A stretch of 64,000 bases of DNA from Bacteroidales bacterium (lineage in GTDB: Bacteria; Bacteroidota; Bacteroidia; Bacteroidales; WCHB1-69): assembly GCA_024400815.1 (NCBI GenBank), contig JAKSMD010000001.1, positions 31,310 through 95,309 on the forward strand, written 5' to 3'. Shown piece by piece: positions 53,085 through 61,613 of the stretch. The first letter of the stretch is position 1, and each line of letters starts with the position of its first letter. Position numbers and translations under genes: made by a program. Under the pieces are notes generated by a model that made no database searches, was not told the DNA's origin, and worked only from the letters and a program-made list of their open reading frames with translations.

Positions 53085-53749
53085 TTTTCCAATTCGTATT
53101 TCTTCTTCAATCTACCAATCAGTGCATAGGCCAACGGCGTAGAGCCAACGGCCTCAATAAGCAATTTCACCACAATCTGAATGCCAATCATCGTAAAAAT
53201 GTCGGCCATGGGGACCGTCCCGACAAAGGCAATACACACGAAGATCGTGGTATCCGCAATAAAGCCGAAAACAGAGGAGCCGATAGTGCGCACCCATAAG
53301 TGACGGCCTTGCGTTTTCTCCTTAATACGCGCCATCGTCCAAGCATTGATAAGTTCGCCGCACAAGAAAGCCAACAGCGAGGCAATCGTGATACGGGGCA
53401 CGAAATTGAATACTGCGCGATAGGCTTCTGCCGTTGCCGTCGTAGCGACGGGATAGGGAAACAAAACGCCCAACCATGCAAAAAGCGTAAAGACCACCTC
53501 ACACAAGAAAGTAAGCAGAATGACACGCTTGGCAGTTTGGAATCCCCAAATCTCTGTAAGCACGTCTCCCAGCATATAAGTGATGGGGAAAATAATCGTA
53601 CCCGCATCAAAGAGGGTTATTCCGCCAATATTTATCAGTTTGACAGACATCACATTGGCTGTCAAATAGCAAGTAATAAGCAAACCTACGATTACAACAA
53701 GAGGAGGTAATGTTCGGTTTTTTGAAGGGTTTTCCGAGACCTTATTCAT
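53081..53749 (-). CDS. queuosine-precursor transporter (YhhQ/VUT family)
   Basis: FDAGTIIFPITYMLGDVLTEIWGF pattern, 6-TM protein. Confidence 0.8.
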   Translation of the reverse strand: MNKVSENPSKNRTLPPLVVIVGLLITCYLTANVMSVKLINIGGITLFDAGTIIFPITYMLGDVLTEIWGFQTAKRVILLTFLCEVVFTLFAWLGVLFPYPVATTATAEAYRAVFNFVPRITIASLLAFLCGELINAWTMARIKEKTQGRHLWVRTIGSSVFGFIADTTIFVCIAFVGTVPMADIFTMIGIQIVVKLLIEAVGSTPLAYALIGRLKKKYELEN

Positions 53750-53800
53750 AGCATTAAATTTGAACGCGCAAAAATACCATTTTTAGCGATTGGGAAGTAT

Positions 53801-53831
53801 AAAAAAATCGGCCTCCGAAGAGACCGATTCT
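53801..53831 (-). terminator. rho-independent terminator after the purF-like gene
   Basis: Minus strand reads AATCGGTCTC-TTCG-GAGGCCGATT followed by TTTTTTT. Confidence 0.75.
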
Positions 53832-53858
53832 TATTCAATTATCTTAATAAAGGTTAAA

Positions 53859-55265
53859 TTATTCACCGTACGAAGAACCATCGAAACAATGCGTACAGAG
53901 GCGCTCTTTCGGCAAGCCAATAGCTTTGGCAATGGTTCCCAATTTGTTGAACTTCAATGTATCCACGCCAAGATGTTTGCGGATAACCTCCACCAAGTTG
54001 GCGTATTCTTTCGTAGTGTCGTCACTATATTTTTCCAAATTGCGAATTTCGCCGCCTTCCAATTCTGCAATGACACGGCGCGTAATCAATTCCATTTCCG
54101 TTTTGGAAGCAGAGAAATTCAGATAGTGGCAACCAAAATTCAGCGGCGGGCAGCTAATGCGGATGTGGACTTCCTTAGCACCGTAGCTGTAGAGCTTTTT
54201 CACATTATCGCGCAACTGCGTGCCCCGAACAATAGAGTCATCGCAGAAAACAATGCGCTGCCCCTTCATAATCTGCGTATTTGGCAGCAGCTTCATGCGG
54301 GCCACATGCTCACGCGTATCTTGGTCAACGGGCATAAAGCTACGAGACCATGTCGGCGTATATTTGATAATACCACGACGATACGGAATCTGTTTGCCCA
54401 TCGCATAACCCAATGCCATGCCGATACCAGAGTCAGGAATGGCGGAGACGAAATCGGCTTCAATATCATCCTCTCGACCCATTTCATAACCGTATGCATA
54501 GCGCGTATTTTCCACATTGACGCCTTCATAATCAGCGGTTGGATAACCGTAATAGATCCAAAGAAAAGAGCAAACCTGCAACTTTGGATTCGGTGCCAAC
54601 ATCTGCTCATAACCCTCGGCAGTAACCTTCAGGATTTCGCCCGGACCCACAAAATGCTCAACCGAATAATCAAGGTTTGCAAAGCTGTGGCAATCAAAGC
54701 ACAAAGCATGAGAGCCCTCTTTCTTGCCCACCACGATAGGCGTACGACCGTAATAATCGCGAGCCGCAATGATGCCATCATTCGTCAAGATGAGCATAGA
54801 GCAGGAACCCTTCACCTTACGAAAAACATTTTGAATGCCGTCCACAAAATCCTTGCCCTGCGTGATCATCAAAGCAATTAACTCCGTGGGGTTCGTTTTG
54901 CCCGAACTCAACTCGGTAAACTGCTGGTTCTTGGCCAAGCATTCAGCCTCCAACTCATCCAGATTGTTGATTTTGGCTACCGTCACGATGCCAAATCTTC
55001 CCAAGTGGGAATTCACCACGATAGGTTGCGCATCCGTATCACTGATAACACCAATGCCGACATTGCCTTTGAACTTCGACAGGTCGTCGCCAAATTTTGT
55101 TCTGAAATAAGAATTCTCTATGTTATGAATGGAACGGTGGAAAACATTGTTCTCTATGGTAACCATACCTGCACGCTTGGTTCCGAGATGGGAATGATAA
55201 TCTATGCCATAAAAAAGGTCGGGATTACAAGGACCATTAGAAGCAACTCCAAAAAAACCACCCAT
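53859..55265 (-). CDS. purF: amidophosphoribosyltransferase-like protein lacking the N-terminal Cys nucleophile
   Basis: 468 aa. PRTase block IVFCDDSIVRGTQ and Ntn-amidotransferase-like N-terminal half. The N-terminus is MGGFFGV where canonical PurF has MCG(I/V). Confidence 0.8.
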   Translation of the reverse strand: MGGFFGVASNGPCNPDLFYGIDYHSHLGTKRAGMVTIENNVFHRSIHNIENSYFRTKFGDDLSKFKGNVGIGVISDTDAQPIVVNSHLGRFGIVTVAKINNLDELEAECLAKNQQFTELSSGKTNPTELIALMITQGKDFVDGIQNVFRKVKGSCSMLILTNDGIIAARDYYGRTPIVVGKKEGSHALCFDCHSFANLDYSVEHFVGPGEILKVTAEGYEQMLAPNPKLQVCSFLWIYYGYPTADYEGVNVENTRYAYGYEMGREDDIEADFVSAIPDSGIGMALGYAMGKQIPYRRGIIKYTPTWSRSFMPVDQDTREHVARMKLLPNTQIMKGQRIVFCDDSIVRGTQLRDNVKKLYSYGAKEVHIRISCPPLNFGCHYLNFSASKTEMELITRRVIAELEGGEIRNLEKYSDDTTKEYANLVEVIRKHLGVDTLKFNKLGTIAKAIGLPKERLCTHCFDGSSYGE

Positions 55266-55321
55266 AATTTGTTAAAATTTGATTGTTTGTTGAATGTGAA
55301 ATTTGTTGTGAAATGAGGCGG

Positions 55322-55329
55322 CAAAAGTA
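55322..55329 (-). promoter_or_regulatory. -7 box TAnnTTTG (tacttttg) for the purF-like gene
   Basis: Perfect motif 57 nt upstream of the ATG at 55265. Confidence 0.5.
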
Positions 55330-55422
55330 AATTTTTTGATGTTTTTTTGAGCAATCTTTTCAAACAAGTTATCACCAATTTATCAACAATACGATGACCT
55401 AAATGCACCTGAAAAAAAATAT

Positions 55423-55430
55423 TATCTTTG
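55423..55430 (+). promoter_or_regulatory. -7 box TAnnTTTG (tatctttg) for the lipoprotein/rSAM pair
   Basis: Perfect motif 27 nt upstream of the ATG at 55457; followed by CATCCTCA. Confidence 0.6.
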
Positions 55431-55456
55431 CATCCTCAAAATAAAATCAAAATAAA

Positions 55457-55864
55457 ATGAACATGTTCCAGAAAATCAAAGAGAAAAAACAGCAGTTAAT
55501 CCGTTTCCTATTCGGTTCGTTCACGGCTACCGCGCTGATGTTCACCTTCCAGGCCTGCTATGGCATGCCGCCGCAAAATGATTTAGATGCGACCATTCAA
55601 GGCACCGTCAAGTCGGCCGAAACCGGCGAGCCCATCCAAGGCATCACCGTCTGTGGAACCCGCAATGACCTATTCGTACAAACGGGTGCCAATGGGAACT
55701 TTCAGCTGCCCGTTCATTTTGGAAGCGACCAATACCTCATTCATATTAAAGATGAAGACGGAACAGAAAACGGCTCCTATCAAGATTTGGACACCCTGTT
55801 AGATGCTTCTGTTTTGACGGATGGAGTCACCATCCTGTTAGAAAAACGCTATGACAATCAATAA
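55457..55864 (+). CDS. radical-SAM-associated putative lipoprotein (CarboxypepD_reg-like fold)
   Basis: Lipobox-like TFQAC; IQGTVKSAETGEPIQGITVCG...NGNFQL, typical of carboxypeptidase-regulatory-like domains. Overlaps the rSAM gene by 14 nt. Confidence 0.7.
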   Translation: MNMFQKIKEKKQQLIRFLFGSFTATALMFTFQACYGMPPQNDLDATIQGTVKSAETGEPIQGITVCGTRNDLFVQTGANGNFQLPVHFGSDQYLIHIKDEDGTENGSYQDLDTLLDASVLTDGVTILLEKRYDNQ

Positions 55865-56909
55865 GCAAAATCGATTCAAGCGATTTCTTTTCCGCATTTT
55901 CCGTAAAAACGAAACGGAAATTCACGAGCTCAACTACCTGTTTTGGGAGTGCACCTGGCGCTGCAATCTGTCGTGTCGTCATTGCGGCAGCGACTGCAAA
56001 TCGGAAGCCTGCGTACCCGACATGCCGTTTGCGGATTTCCTGAAAGCCATCGAGCCCTTAGAAACACGATACAAGAAGAACAACACCATCATTGCCATCA
56101 CGGGTGGGGAACCGCTTTTGCGCAGCGACCTCGCTGACTGTGGGCGGACATTGCGAGAACACGGCTTTCACTGGGGCATCGTCACCAACGGCATGCTCTA
56201 TGATGAGGCACGGCATCAGGAACTCGTGGCCGCCGGCATGAGCTCCGTCACCGTCAGTCTGGACGGCTTGGAAGAGACGCACAATTGGCTGCGCGGCCAT
56301 CCGCAAAGCTATCAGCGAGCACTGAAGGCCCTCCAACTCATCGCGCGCACCCCGACTTTGAACTACGACGTCGTGACCTGCGTGCACCAACGCAACATAG
56401 ATGAGCTTCCGCAACTGAAGGAGACACTCATCGCCAACGGCATCCGACACTGGCGGCTCTTCACCATCGCGCCTATCGGACGGGCAACCGACAACAAAGG
56501 ACTCCAACTCTCACGCCAGCAATTGGAGAAAATGTTCCAATTCATTGCCGAAACGCGCCACGAAGGACGCATCGACATTAAATTCAGCTGCGAAGCTTAC
56601 ACTGGAAAATACGAGGAAAGCATCCGCGACAGCTACTTCTTCTGCCGCGCCGGCATCAACATCGGCAGCGTGCTCATCAATGGCGACATCTGCGCCTGTC
56701 CCAATGTGGACCGATCCTTCGTGCAAGGCAACATCTACCAAGACAAGCTGATGGATGTCTGGGACAACAAGTTCTCCGTCATGCGCGACCGCCGTTGGAT
56801 GCGATGCGGACCATGTGCCAAATGCAAAGACTTCAAACAATGCATGGGCGGCGCCATGCATCTACGCCCTAAAATGAATGAAAATATACGACGCTGCTAC
56901 AAGTATTAA
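55851..56909 (+). CDS. radical SAM enzyme with a SPASM/Twitch-type C-terminal Cys cluster
   Basis: CNLSCRHC (CxxxCxxC) and GGEPLL; C-terminal CRAGINIGSVLINGDICACPNV and CGPCAKCKDFKQCMGG. Confidence 0.85.
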   Translation: MTINKQNRFKRFLFRIFRKNETEIHELNYLFWECTWRCNLSCRHCGSDCKSEACVPDMPFADFLKAIEPLETRYKKNNTIIAITGGEPLLRSDLADCGRTLREHGFHWGIVTNGMLYDEARHQELVAAGMSSVTVSLDGLEETHNWLRGHPQSYQRALKALQLIARTPTLNYDVVTCVHQRNIDELPQLKETLIANGIRHWRLFTIAPIGRATDNKGLQLSRQQLEKMFQFIAETRHEGRIDIKFSCEAYTGKYEESIRDSYFFCRAGINIGSVLINGDICACPNVDRSFVQGNIYQDKLMDVWDNKFSVMRDRRWMRCGPCAKCKDFKQCMGGAMHLRPKMNENIRRCYKY

Positions 56910-56927
56910 TTTTTTTGTATTTTTGCC

Positions 56928-56935
56928 GCGTTTTA
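56928..56935 (+). promoter_or_regulatory. -7 box TAnnTTTG (tatttttg) for the mini-lipoprotein gene
   Basis: Perfect motif 37 nt upstream of the ATG at 56972. Confidence 0.55.
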
Positions 56936-56971
56936 TTGACATTTATTACTAACCTTAAAATTTACAAAACA

Positions 56972-57181
56972 ATGAAAAAAGTATTATGTATCGCTGCAGC
57001 TACTTTGATGATTGCTGCTCTTTCCACTTCTTGCAACAAGAAATGCGAATGCAAAACTTATGCTGCTGGTGTTGTAGTAACAACAACCACTATGGAAATA
57101 GAAAAAGGTAAAAAATGTGATGATTACTCAACTTATTCTGAAGAATTAGAAACAGGTATTCAATGTAAACCGACTATGTAA
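56972..57181 (+). CDS. 69-aa Cys/Thr-rich small lipoprotein
   Basis: MKKVLCIAAATLMIAALSTSC lipobox, then NKKCECKTYAAGVVVTTTTMEIEKGKKCDDYSTYSEELETGIQCKPTM. Own promoter and own terminator. Confidence 0.65.
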   Translation: MKKVLCIAAATLMIAALSTSCNKKCECKTYAAGVVVTTTTMEIEKGKKCDDYSTYSEELETGIQCKPTM

Positions 57182-57205
57182 TCATACATTTTCCGAGATT
57201 TACAG

Positions 57206-57231
57206 AGCCCCTCATTGCAGGGGCTTTTTTT
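57206..57231 (+). terminator. rho-independent terminator after the mini-lipoprotein gene
   Basis: AGCCCCT-CATTGC-AGGGGCT followed by TTTTTTT. Confidence 0.85.
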
Positions 57232-57301
57232 ATGGGTTAAAATATCGTAATGCGGTGCAAAAGTCTCGTTGCAAAACGGTCCTTCTATCGCTAAAGTTTA
57301 T

Positions 57302-57309
57302 TATCTTTG
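57302..57309 (+). promoter_or_regulatory. -7 box TAnnTTTG (tatctttg) for rimO
   Basis: Perfect motif 23 nt upstream of the ATG at 57332; followed by CGCCCTCA. Confidence 0.6.
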
Positions 57310-57331
57310 CGCCCTCAAAAACAAAGACGCT

Positions 57332-58606
57332 ATGACCATCAACATCATCACTTTAGGATGCTCCAAAAACATCGTCGATTCGGAAGTTATCGCCGCCCAA
57401 CTCCAGAAAAAAGGGCACCGCATATTTTTCGAAGGCACGATGAACAGCGACATCGTCATCCTGAACACTTGCAGTTTCATTGGAGATGCCCGCGAAGAGT
57501 CCGTCAATGAAATTTTTGCTCAGATAGAGCGCAAGATGCGCCGTCAAGTCAAGAAGATCTATGTAGTGGGTTGCTTGGCCGAACGGTGCAAAGCCGATTT
57601 GGTGAACGAATTGCCTGAAGTGGATGGATTTTTCACCTTTGCGGAATTGTCGAAGTTGGTTGAAGACCCGAGCTTCAACCTGCTGGGGACCTCCGAGCGA
57701 TTGGTATCCACGCCAGCGCACTACGCCTACCTCAAGATTTCAGAGGGCTGCGACCACCAATGTTCCTACTGCGCCATCCCGCTCATCCGAGGCAAGCAGA
57801 TCTCCAAGCCCATCCCGCTCCTTGTTGAGGAGGCGAAAAAGCTGGCCGACCAAGGCACCAAGGAGGTGATGCTCATCGCGCAAGATCTCACCTACTATGG
57901 CATCGACCTAACCGGCAAGCACGAATTGGCCCAGCTGATGGAAGCCCTTGCCCAAGTGAAAGGGCTCGAATGGATACGCCTGCACTACGCCTACCCGCTC
58001 AACTTCCCCTACGAAATCCTGGATGTGATGAACGCATATCCGCAATATTGCCGGTACCTGGACATACCCATCCAGCACATCAGCGACGACATCCTCACGA
58101 GCATGCGTCGCGGCGGACGTTCCCAATACACCTACGACTTAGTGGACCGCATTCGCGAAACCGTCCCCGGCATCGCCCTACGCACAACTTTGATTTCCGG
58201 TTATCCAACGGAAACCCACGAGCAGCACAAAGAATTAGTGGCATTCGTGAAACATGCCCGCTTTGAGCGCCTCGGCGTCTTCGCCTACTCCCAAGAAGAC
58301 GACACCCCCGCCTACGACCTGGGCGACCCGATTCGCAAGAATGTGAAGACCAAGCGGGTGAACGAAATCATGCAACTGCAAGAGCAAATCTCTTTGGAAA
58401 ACAACGAATCCAAAGTGGGCACTACCATGAAAGTCATTATTGACGCAGAAGAGGCAGACTGCTATGTGGGCCGCACCGAGTTCGACTCCCCAGATGTCGA
58501 TAACAGCGTCCTCATCAGCAAAGAGAAAGCCTTGACTATCGGCGAATTTTACAACATCAAAATCACAGAGGCAGCCGAATACGACCTTTACGGTGAATTA
58601 GCATAA
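57332..58606 (+). CDS. rimO: ribosomal protein S12 methylthiotransferase
   Basis: INIITLGCSKNIVDSE, the radical SAM CDHQCSYC, and a C-terminal TRAM-like region. The start is set at the Met downstream of the promoter box. Confidence 0.85.
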   Translation: MTINIITLGCSKNIVDSEVIAAQLQKKGHRIFFEGTMNSDIVILNTCSFIGDAREESVNEIFAQIERKMRRQVKKIYVVGCLAERCKADLVNELPEVDGFFTFAELSKLVEDPSFNLLGTSERLVSTPAHYAYLKISEGCDHQCSYCAIPLIRGKQISKPIPLLVEEAKKLADQGTKEVMLIAQDLTYYGIDLTGKHELAQLMEALAQVKGLEWIRLHYAYPLNFPYEILDVMNAYPQYCRYLDIPIQHISDDILTSMRRGGRSQYTYDLVDRIRETVPGIALRTTLISGYPTETHEQHKELVAFVKHARFERLGVFAYSQEDDTPAYDLGDPIRKNVKTKRVNEIMQLQEQISLENNESKVGTTMKVIIDAEEADCYVGRTEFDSPDVDNSVLISKEKALTIGEFYNIKITEAAEYDLYGELA

Positions 58607-58622
58607 AAATCAAAATACAACA

Positions 58623-60425
58623 ATGAATCTAGTACAACTTTTCAAGAACATTCGTCCTTTTGTAAAGCCATACAAATGGTTAGTAATCATCACCTTGATT
58701 CTCACCTTGATAGGGTCCTTGATGGCACAAGTCAACGCCATCGTGCTAGATCGCACGGTGGATGCCATCAACGCGCTCATCCAAACGCCCCACTTCGCTT
58801 GGAGCAAGGCTGTCAAAATTCTGACGATTATCTCCATTGTCCTCTTAGGCAAAGAAATTCTATCCGCACTCATCACCTTCGCACAGAACTTTTTCGGAGA
58901 GCGCATGCGCATCTTCGTCTCTAAAGATCTGGCCCAGTCTGTGATTGAAAAAGTGCTGACCTTCAGAATGGCATTCTTCTCCCGCAGTGAGAATGACACC
59001 GGCAAATTGCAAACCCGTATCGACCAAGGTGTCAGCAGCTTGTCACGCACCGTACAAAACTTCTTCATCGACTTGCTGCCGCTATTTTCCAGTGCACTCC
59101 TTGCATTGATTTTGATGTTCATGGCCAATGTCTATGTTGGCTTGGTAGCCCTATTCATCGTGCCTGTCTATTTCTTCATCACCTACCGACAAGCGAAAAG
59201 ATTGAAGGGATGGCGCCGCGACATGCGAAACTACCGTGAAGTTAAAAGCCACGGCATCATGAACATCATCGAGTCCATCAACGTCATCAAATCCTTCAAC
59301 CGCGAACGCATTGAAGGCGACAAGCAGTTGGAGATTCAAAACCAAGTGACGGACAACCAGATGAAGACCCGCAAGGTCAGCTTCTACTACAATGGCGTAA
59401 AGAGTTTCGTCAAGCAAGTCGGCACCGTATTGGTCATCATCCTCACCGCCTACCTCGTGCTCATCGACTACCCTGGCATGTCCATCGGTAAAATCATGTA
59501 CCACGTCATGCTCTTCAGCAATGTGGTGGCGCCCATCACCCAGCTGCAACGCATCTTCGACGATATGAACGACGCCCTCATCTATGCCGAAGGTTTCTTC
59601 AGCATCCTCAACTCCGACAGCGAAGTTGAGCCCAGTGGCGAGTACAAATCCGACAAAGTCATCGGAAACTTCAAAATCTCCGGTGTGGATTTCACCTATC
59701 CTAATGGCAAAAAGGCATTGCACGACATCAACATGGACATCGAAAGCGGCAAGATTACCGCCTTCGTAGGTCTCTCTGGCGCGGGCAAGAGCACCATCGT
59801 CAACCTGTTGGATAAATTTTACGAACCCGACTGCGGCGACATCACGCTGGACGGCATCAGCCTAAAAGATTACGACACGCAGTTCCTCCGCGACAACATC
59901 GGCCTCGTATTGCAAAAGAACCACATCTTCGACGGTTCTATCGAAGAAAACATCCTCTACGGCAATCCTAAAGCCACGCACGAAGATGTAGTGGAAGCTG
60001 CTAAAAAAGCATACATCTACGACCAAATCATGGAACTGCCCAAGCAGTTTGAAAGCAAGGCAGACCAACTGTCCGGCGGTCAGCAACAGCGCATCGCCAT
60101 CGCCCGCATGTTCCTCAAGAACCCGCCCATCATCTTCTTGGACGAGCCTACTGCCAGCTTGGACGCCATCGCCACTGAGCAAATCAAGAACAGTATTGAC
60201 GCCATCAAGCAAAACCGTACTGTCATCATCATCTCCCACAGCATTTCTCAAATCATCGATGCGGATGTCATCTACGCGCTCAAAGACGGACATGTGGAAC
60301 AATCTGGCGACCCGGATGAAATCTACAAGAAGGGGGGCATCTACAAAGAAATCATTGACGCTTCGGCCCGCAGTTTGAACATTGAAAAAATCGCCCGCAC
60401 CATTGACGATGGCGACGACGACTAA
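58623..60425 (+). CDS. ABC exporter, fused permease/ATPase (MsbA-like)
   Basis: Six-TM N-terminal half; GLSGAGKST Walker A; LSGGQQQRIAIAR signature; IIFLDEPT Walker B. Confidence 0.9.
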   Translation: MNLVQLFKNIRPFVKPYKWLVIITLILTLIGSLMAQVNAIVLDRTVDAINALIQTPHFAWSKAVKILTIISIVLLGKEILSALITFAQNFFGERMRIFVSKDLAQSVIEKVLTFRMAFFSRSENDTGKLQTRIDQGVSSLSRTVQNFFIDLLPLFSSALLALILMFMANVYVGLVALFIVPVYFFITYRQAKRLKGWRRDMRNYREVKSHGIMNIIESINVIKSFNRERIEGDKQLEIQNQVTDNQMKTRKVSFYYNGVKSFVKQVGTVLVIILTAYLVLIDYPGMSIGKIMYHVMLFSNVVAPITQLQRIFDDMNDALIYAEGFFSILNSDSEVEPSGEYKSDKVIGNFKISGVDFTYPNGKKALHDINMDIESGKITAFVGLSGAGKSTIVNLLDKFYEPDCGDITLDGISLKDYDTQFLRDNIGLVLQKNHIFDGSIEENILYGNPKATHEDVVEAAKKAYIYDQIMELPKQFESKADQLSGGQQQRIAIARMFLKNPPIIFLDEPTASLDAIATEQIKNSIDAIKQNRTVIIISHSISQIIDADVIYALKDGHVEQSGDPDEIYKKGGIYKEIIDASARSLNIEKIARTIDDGDDD

Positions 60426-60434
60426 ATTATAGTT

Positions 60435-61613
60435 ATGAAAGGTAGAGAAGGCAAACCGCATATCGGCATTTTCGGACGACGCAACAACGGCAAAAGCTCC
60501 CTCATCAATGCCATCACTGGACAAGAAACCGCCATTGTGGATTCCTTGGCCGGCACCACTACCGATCCTGTAAAAAAATCCATTGAGATTTTCGGCATCG
60601 GACCCGCCGTCATCATCGACACTGCCGGCATTGACGATGAGGGTGCCATTGGACAAAAGAGAATCCAAAAGTCCTTAGACATCCTCAAAAGCATCGATTT
60701 CGCCCTGCTCGTCATCACCAACAATGAACAAGGCGAACCAGAGCAGATGCTCATAGACAAATTCCAAAAATTCGAAATTCCCTACCTTATCATCAATAAC
60801 AAAGCCGACTTAGTTCCGGCTTCTGCCACGCCGGCTCAATCGTCGGTTATCAATGTCAGCGCCAAGACAGGGGCAGGCATCTCGGACATGTTAGAGACAC
60901 TGGTGCGCAAGATGCCGCCTTCCTCCTACGTTTCACATTCGCTGCTTGGAGACATCATCGGCGAGGGCGACACTGTGGTGCTCGTCACACCCATCGACAA
61001 CGAAGCCCCTGAAGGAAGGCTCATCCTGCCGCAAGTGCAGATGATTCGCGACATATTGGACAATGACGCCATAGCTATTGTCCTGAAAGAAGATAAAGTG
61101 GCCGACTGGCTCCAACACAATCCGGTCCCAAGGCTTGTTGTCACCGACAGTCAAATGTTCGGTCGCGTCTCGAAAGATGTACCCGAAAACATCCCACTAA
61201 CAGGATTCAGCATCGTGCTAGCCCACCACAAAGGCGATTTTGATCATTACATAGAAGGCACCCCTTGCTTGGACAAACTGCAAGATGGCGACCGCATCCT
61301 CATGTTAGAGTCATGCACGCATCTCACCTCCTGCGAAGACATCGGACGGGGCAAGCTGCCGCGCTGGATTCAAAAGCACACGGGCAAGCAGCTCCATTTC
61401 GACTTTGTCAATGGCTTAGACGAACTGCCCGACATCGAGCAATACGCCATGGTTATCCAATGTGGCGGTTGTATGATTACGAGGAAACAAATTCTGAACA
61501 GATTGAAACCCGCCATAGACCACCATATTCCTGTTTCCAATTACGGAATGGTCATCGCCTATTTGAATGGGATTTTTGAAAGAGCCATCAAGCCCTTCCT
61601 CTCTAATCCCTAA
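60435..61613 (+). CDS. hydF: [FeFe]-hydrogenase H-cluster maturation GTPase
   Basis: IGIFGRRNNGKSSLINAITGQ and DTAGIDD GTPase motifs; C-terminal ESCTH...QCGGC cluster-binding motif. Confidence 0.8.
   Translation: MKGREGKPHIGIFGRRNNGKSSLINAITGQETAIVDSLAGTTTDPVKKSIEIFGIGPAVIIDTAGIDDEGAIGQKRIQKSLDILKSIDFALLVITNNEQGEPEQMLIDKFQKFEIPYLIINNKADLVPASATPAQSSVINVSAKTGAGISDMLETLVRKMPPSSYVSHSLLGDIIGEGDTVVLVTPIDNEAPEGRLILPQVQMIRDILDNDAIAIVLKEDKVADWLQHNPVPRLVVTDSQMFGRVSKDVPENIPLTGFSIVLAHHKGDFDHYIEGTPCLDKLQDGDRILMLESCTHLTSCEDIGRGKLPRWIQKHTGKQLHFDFVNGLDELPDIEQYAMVIQCGGCMITRKQILNRLKPAIDHHIPVSNYGMVIAYLNGIFERAIKPFLSNP

Noticed and set aside
53790-54881. 363-aa plus-strand ORF
   Set aside because: It is antisense to the purF-like gene and has no motifs. 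The same logic applies to 32362..33369, 20978..21844, 40259..40912, 59151..59723, 59862..60668, 30827..31570 and the other internal or antisense track ORFs.
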